A DNA stretch of 64,000 bases from Spirochaetia bacterium (GTDB lineage: Bacteria > Spirochaetota > Spirochaetia > CADAEX01): the NCBI GenBank assembly GCA_963662795.1, contig OY759746.1:864001-928000 (forward strand), read 5' to 3'. Within the stretch, counting starts at the first letter, position 1. Every line of letters begins with the position of its first letter. Positions 59,431 to 64,000 of this stretch are shown here, one piece after another. The notes beneath the pieces are model-generated. The model had not been told where the DNA came from and did not search any database. It was given only the letters and a program-made list of their open reading frames with translations. Position numbers and translations under genes: made by a program.

Positions 59431-60678
59431 ATGAAAGATTTTCTCATATTTGAGAACCTGAATAAAAACTTCGGCAATGTAACAGCAGTTAAAAATTTCT
59501 CTCTTTCAGTCCACCGGGGAGAGATATTCTCACTTTTAGGACCAAGCGGATGCGGAAAAACGACACTGCTGAGGCTGTGCGCCGGGTTTGAAACCCCGGA
59601 CAAAGGAAGAATAATACTTGACGGCAGGGATATTACAGAACTTCCGCCTGAGAAAAGAAAAGTAAATACAGTTTTTCAGAGCTATGCCCTCTTCCCTCAT
59701 CTTTCAATACGGGAAAATATTGCATTCGGCCCCAGGACTGCGGGGAAAAGTAAAAAAGAAATTGACTACGAAGTAGACAGGATGCTCTCGTTTATACAGA
59801 TGGAAGACGCATCACTTCGAATGCCGTCCCAGATAAGCGGAGGACAAAAACAGAGAGTTGCAATCGCCCGGGCTTTGATAAATAAACCACAGGTCCTTCT
59901 CCTTGATGAACCGCTTGCGGCCCTTGACTTAAAACTCAGACAGAGGATGCTGATTGAGCTTGACCAGATCCACGATGAGGTCGGGATTACCTTCCTTTTT
60001 ATTACCCATGACCAGACAGAAGCCATGAGCCTCAGCGACAGAATGGCTGTAATGAATAACGGCAGAATTGAACAGATCGGAACACCGGTTGAAATATATG
60101 AAAGCCCGATGAGCAGCTTTACGGCGGCATTCATCGGCGACACCAACTTTCTTGACGGTAAAGTAACCCAGGTAATAGACAAGGATTATGCATTAATATT
60201 TGTTGACGGAATAGGCGAGATAATATGCTTCAATGACAGGAAACTTAAAACAGGCGACCCGGTCCATGTAAGCATAAGGCCTGAGAAAATATATACATCA
60301 AAAACCAAACCGGAAGAACACAGAAAAATAAACATGCTGCACGGTACAGTTGAAAACATGGTATATATCGGAACCTCAACCAAATACTGGGTCAGGGCGG
60401 GAGAGTGGCTTTTTACAACACAGCAGCCCCACAGGCATTATCTTCTTGATGAACAGCCTCCCAAATGGGATGATGAGGTTTGGGTATCATGGCATGCTGA
60501 TGACTGCTACATGCTTGAAAAATACAGTGAGGCTGATGAGCAGCTCCTTACCATACCTGATGTGGAAGAACCTGCCGGCGAAGCAGAGGCTGCCCCGGAT
60601 TCAGCAGACGGTGCGTCATCCGGGAATGACTCACCGGATAAAGCTGCAGGCGTGCCCGCAGATGAGAAAAGCCGATGA
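59431..60678 (+). CDS. potA: Spermidine/putrescine ABC ATP-binding protein
   Basis: KRKVNTVFQSYALFPH, DEPLAALDLKLR, GITFLFITHDQ.EA, F.A.FIG.TN. Confidence 0.9.
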   Translation: MKDFLIFENLNKNFGNVTAVKNFSLSVHRGEIFSLLGPSGCGKTTLLRLCAGFETPDKGRIILDGRDITELPPEKRKVNTVFQSYALFPHLSIRENIAFGPRTAGKSKKEIDYEVDRMLSFIQMEDASLRMPSQISGGQKQRVAIARALINKPQVLLLDEPLAALDLKLRQRMLIELDQIHDEVGITFLFITHDQTEAMSLSDRMAVMNNGRIEQIGTPVEIYESPMSSFTAAFIGDTNFLDGKVTQVIDKDYALIFVDGIGEIICFNDRKLKTGDPVHVSIRPEKIYTSKTKPEEHRKINMLHGTVENMVYIGTSTKYWVRAGEWLFTTQQPHRHYLLDEQPPKWDDEVWVSWHADDCYMLEKYSEADEQLLTIPDVEEPAGEAEAAPDSADGASSGNDSPDKAAGVPADEKSR

Positions 60679-61553
60679 TCAGAGTCAGGAATATCGAAGA
60701 AAAAATAATCACACTCCCCTCTTTTTTATGGCTGTTTTTTCTTTTTCTTGTTCCCACAGTTCTCGTCATATTTATCAGCTTCTGCCCGTCAGATACATAC
60801 GGTAATATCAAAAGCGGATTTACATTAAAAGCATATTCAGAGATAATTAATCCCGCTTTTCCGGCTATAATGTTCAGAACTCTCAAGATCAGTCTCTATA
60901 CAACAGCCATCTGTCTTGCCGCAGGGATTCCCGTAGCATATGAAATGGCAAAAATGGAGAGAAAATGGCAGCAGAATCTCATGATGCTGATAATAATTCC
61001 GTTCTGGACAAATTTTTTAATCAGAATTTACGCGTGGAAAATAATCCTCCATCCTGAAGGTTTTTTAAAACATTTCCTTACCGCGCTCAGAATCGTGCCT
61101 GAATCATCATCCCTTCTCTATAATGAGGGGGCAGTGCTTCTTGTGCTTGTCTACACATATCTCCCTTTTGCGATACTGCCGCTCTATTCGGCTGCCGAGA
61201 AGTTCGACTTCCACCTGCTTGAGGCTGCACGCGACATAGGGAGCTCTCCGGTGAGGGCCTTTTTTAAAATATTCCTTCCCGGAATAAGCCAGGGAATGAT
61301 ATCGGCTGTAATGGTTGTATTCATTCCCGCGCTCGGTTCATATGTTATACCCGATATGGTAGGGGGGCCGCACAGCGAGATGCTCGGCAACAAGATTGCG
61401 CAGAGGGTCTTTATAGACAGAAATCTGCCGCGGGGCAGCGCGCTGTCAACTATACTTATTCTTGCGTTTATTATTCCGCCGCTTCTGCAGCTTATCATCA
61501 GAAAAACAAAAAAATCCATCAGAATTACGCTGCCGGGAGTACTTAACAAATGA
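60675..61553 (+). CDS. potB: Spermidine/putrescine ABC permease
   Basis: IPFWTNFLIRIYAW, YTYLPFAILPLY, EAARDIG, VFIPALG. Confidence 0.9.
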   Translation: MIRVRNIEEKIITLPSFLWLFFLFLVPTVLVIFISFCPSDTYGNIKSGFTLKAYSEIINPAFPAIMFRTLKISLYTTAICLAAGIPVAYEMAKMERKWQQNLMMLIIIPFWTNFLIRIYAWKIILHPEGFLKHFLTALRIVPESSSLLYNEGAVLLVLVYTYLPFAILPLYSAAEKFDFHLLEAARDIGSSPVRAFFKIFLPGISQGMISAVMVVFIPALGSYVIPDMVGGPHSEMLGNKIAQRVFIDRNLPRGSALSTILILAFIIPPLLQLIIRKTKKSIRITLPGVLNK

Positions 61554-62320
61554 GGCGCAGCAGATTTCCCCTTTACCTTACAATCGCGGTTCTATTATTC
61601 TTCTGGGTACCGATAATAATTCTTGTTGCAAACTCATTTAACGGCTCCAGATTCGGATCGGTATGGGGCGGTTTCTCGTTAAAGTGGTATGTAAAGCTTT
61701 TCGCAGACAGAAGTGTCTGGAGATCGCTGCAGAATACAGCGATTGTAGCCTCAGTATCTACCGCTGTTTCACTTGTCCTCGGAAGCCTCGCCGGATTTAC
61801 CTTATTCAGATATAAAACAAAGCTTCAGAAATTTCACCTGGGCCTTGTATCCCTGCCGCTTGTTATTCCCGATATCCTCATGGGTATGAGCCTTCTCCTT
61901 TTCTTTATATCCCTTAAAATCAGGCTGGGACTCTTTACAGTCATTTTAGGTCATATAACGTTCTGCATAAGTTATGTCGCGGTAACTATACTTGCGAGGC
62001 TTCAGGACTTCGACTACAGGATTGTTGAAGCGGCACGCGATCTCGGCGCAAAAGGATGGATCCTTTTCATGAGAATATATATGCCGCTTCTGGCGCCGGG
62101 GCTGCTGGCAGGGGCCATGCTGTCCCTTACCCTGTCGCTTGACGATTTTATAATCACCTTTTTCACCGCCGGCCCCGGCTCATCCACTCTGCCGCTTCAG
62201 ATCTACAGTATGATAAAATTCGGATCCCCTCCGATGATAAACGCGCTTTCAACGCTTTTTTTAATGATGACATTTCTGATCGCCTTTGCGTATCAGAGAA
62301 TTACAAGGAGAAACACATGA
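61550..62320 (+). CDS. potC: Spermidine/putrescine ABC permease
   Basis: SFN...W.GFSLKWY, PDILMG.SLL, EAARDLGA, SLDDFIITFF, INALST. Confidence 0.9.
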   Translation: MRRSRFPLYLTIAVLLFFWVPIIILVANSFNGSRFGSVWGGFSLKWYVKLFADRSVWRSLQNTAIVASVSTAVSLVLGSLAGFTLFRYKTKLQKFHLGLVSLPLVIPDILMGMSLLLFFISLKIRLGLFTVILGHITFCISYVAVTILARLQDFDYRIVEAARDLGAKGWILFMRIYMPLLAPGLLAGAMLSLTLSLDDFIITFFTAGPGSSTLPLQIYSMIKFGSPPMINALSTLFLMMTFLIAFAYQRITRRNT

Positions 62321-63354
62321 AAAATTTTATTAGGCTCTTTATTCTGGTATCTGCAGCAATAATGCCCTTATCCTGCGGCAACTCAAAACCTGTGCTTTAT
62401 ATTTACAACTGGTCTGATTATGTCAAGGAAGACCTGATAACCGGATTTGAAAAAGAATATGACTGTAAAGTGGTTATGGATTTTTTCGATTCAAATGAAT
62501 CCATGTACGCGAAACTAAAAGCAGGGGCATCGGGATATGATATTGTTTTCCCGACAGCCTACATGGTGCAGATAATGTCTCATGACGGAATGATCTCAGA
62601 AATAGATCATTCAAAAATACCGAACCTGGGAAACATTGACGAAAAATATCTTCCGTTCGCGCTTGACCCTGAAATGAAATACAGTGTTCCCTATATGCTG
62701 AGCAATTCAGGAATAGGTTACCTTTCAGACAGGGTGGATGATTCGTTTATCCCGTCATGGGGTATTTTCGGCGATTCCAGATACGCCGGCAGAATGACAA
62801 TGCTCAACGATATGAGGGAATCAATTGGAGCCGCGCTTAAATATCTGGGCTACAGCATGAACTCAACAAATCCTGATGAGCTTGAAAAGGCCGGCGACAT
62901 TTTAATCAGCTGGAAAAAGAACCTCGCTAAATTTGAGGCTGACCAGTACAAGAACGGCCTTGTCTCTGAAGAGTTTATCATTACACACGGCTACAGCGGC
63001 GATATATTCCAGGTAATGGAGGAAAACGATAAAATAGCTTACGCAATTCCGGTTGAAGGGACAACAGTATCATGCGACAGCATGGTCATACTTAAAGACT
63101 CAAAAAACACCGATCTTGCCTATTCCTTTATCAATTACATGCTTGAACCGGAAGTCGCTGCAGAGAATATCGAGTATGTTTATTATATAGCGCCAAATAA
63201 ACCTGCCTATGAACTTGTAAGCGAAGAAACAAGGAACGAGCCTGCCGTTTTTCTCACAGATGAAATGCTTATGAAGAGCGAGGTCCTTCTTGATCTGGGA
63301 GAAGCCAATTTGCTTTATTCCGGAATATGGGATAAGGTTAAAGCTGCGAATTAA
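62317..63354 (+). CDS. potD: Spermidine/putrescine-binding lipoprotein
   Basis: Lipobox LSC, LYIYNWSDY, FDSNESMYAKL, GYDIVFP, YSVPY, YSGD, PVEG. Confidence 0.9.
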   Translation: MKNFIRLFILVSAAIMPLSCGNSKPVLYIYNWSDYVKEDLITGFEKEYDCKVVMDFFDSNESMYAKLKAGASGYDIVFPTAYMVQIMSHDGMISEIDHSKIPNLGNIDEKYLPFALDPEMKYSVPYMLSNSGIGYLSDRVDDSFIPSWGIFGDSRYAGRMTMLNDMRESIGAALKYLGYSMNSTNPDELEKAGDILISWKKNLAKFEADQYKNGLVSEEFIITHGYSGDIFQVMEENDKIAYAIPVEGTTVSCDSMVILKDSKNTDLAYSFINYMLEPEVAAENIEYVYYIAPNKPAYELVSEETRNEPAVFLTDEMLMKSEVLLDLGEANLLYSGIWDKVKAAN

Positions 63355-63371
63355 CAGATCAGGAGAAAATT

Positions 63372-64000
63372 ATGAATAAAATCGGAATTCTCGGCTTCGG
63401 GAATATGGGAGAAGCTATAGTAAAGGGAATAATAAAAAAACACCCTGATGCAGAAATTACAGTTTTTGATAAATCCGAAGAAAAACTCAACAGGAGCGTA
63501 ACGGTCTACAGGACTGTTGCTGCCGAATCAATGAAAGAACTTTTTGCCTCTTCAGAAACAGTAATACTCGCAATCAAGCCCCAGGATACAGACGCGTTTC
63601 TTAAGGAAATATCAGGATACTCAAAATCAAAAAATATAATTTCTGTAATTGCCGGTAAAGCAACAGGCATTTTTTCCGATTCGCTTAAAACAGACAATAT
63701 ATGCCGGTTTATGCCCAACCTTGCAGCACAATGCGGGAAAGCTGTTACGGCAATTTCTTTTCATGAAAATACAGAAGAAGGTTTTATCCCTGAAGCTGTT
63801 GAAATAGCAGAGTCATTCGGAAAAGCTGTAGTTATCCCCGAAAAACTGATGCCGGCCTTTACCGCCCTTTCAGGATCGGGAATTGCATTTGTTTTTCAGT
63901 TTATTCACGCAATGGCAATGGGCGGCGTCAGGGCAGGCTTCACATACAATGAATCCGTCAATATAGCCCTGTCAGCGGCAGAGGGCGCGGTTGAAACTGT
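63372..64000 (+). CDS. proC: Pyrroline-5-carboxylate reductase (runs off the right edge of the window)
   Basis: Hand translation MNKIGILGFGNMGEAI..LAIKPQ..ISVIAG..RFMPN..FTALSGSGIAFVF. AGGAG RBS. Confidence 0.92.
   Translation, partial: MNKIGILGFGNMGEAIVKGIIKKHPDAEITVFDKSEEKLNRSVTVYRTVAAESMKELFASSETVILAIKPQDTDAFLKEISGYSKSKNIISVIAGKATGIFSDSLKTDNICRFMPNLAAQCGKAVTAISFHENTEEGFIPEAVEIAESFGKAVVIPEKLMPAFTALSGSGIAFVFQFIHAMAMGGVRAGFTYNESVNIALSAAEGAVET

Noticed and set aside
60560-60678. Acidic Ala/Asp-rich C-terminal tail on PotA
   Set aside because: Low-complexity extension with no repeat or motif, most likely a disordered tail.
432-63718. Many short ORFs in the supplied track (e.g. 432-848, 5387-5968, 17980-18459, 33076-33684, 56297-56827, 63506-63718)
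   Set aside because: They are antisense or alternate-frame shadows of well-supported genes and have no motifs of their own.
1-64000. CRISPR array, tRNA, rRNA, riboswitch, integrase or phage genes
   Set aside because: No regularly spaced repeats, cloverleaf, rRNA-like tract or recombinase/phage ORF recognised by eye. A covariance-model search was not possible.

Overview
Bacterial chromosomal window, probably a free-living spirochaete (Spirochaetota-style 'FAGGxKE' solute-binding-protein leaders, SthK-like channel). The taxon is an inference. The left third is core-like. It holds a minus-strand run: a GIY-YIG nuclease missed by the ORF track, a GAF-GGDEF cyclase, a CoA-dehydratase-activase fusion, a cyclic-nucleotide-gated K+ channel, a hypothetical protein and a pore-less voltage-sensor membrane protein. 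Next come trmL, azlCD, two convergent cupins with a TAXI-TRAP transporter, an anion permease/TauE pair and RND+TolC. The middle (about 24.5-54.8 kb) is an accessory region built around a PP2C phosphatase gene and bounded by partial duplications of that gene. It holds two parallel IclR-regulated islands. Each has an opine dehydrogenase divergent from an FGGY kinase, plus a MalY/PatB lyase. They differ in dehydratase (UxaA vs IlvD/Edd) and importer (Opp ABC vs TAXI-TRAP), and they share a CGAAC-N3-GTTCG operator. Island 2 adds a HOGA-like aldolase and a DMT exporter. Decayed IS3, IS21, IS1380 and IS4 remnants are scattered through the region. The right end holds an Fe3+/AfuABC-type ABC transporter, potABCD and proC (truncated by the window). 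No rRNA, tRNA or CRISPR array was seen. The best candidates for undescribed biology are the twin opine-dehydrogenase/sugar-acid catabolic islands and the CNG-channel operon with a pore-less voltage-sensor protein.
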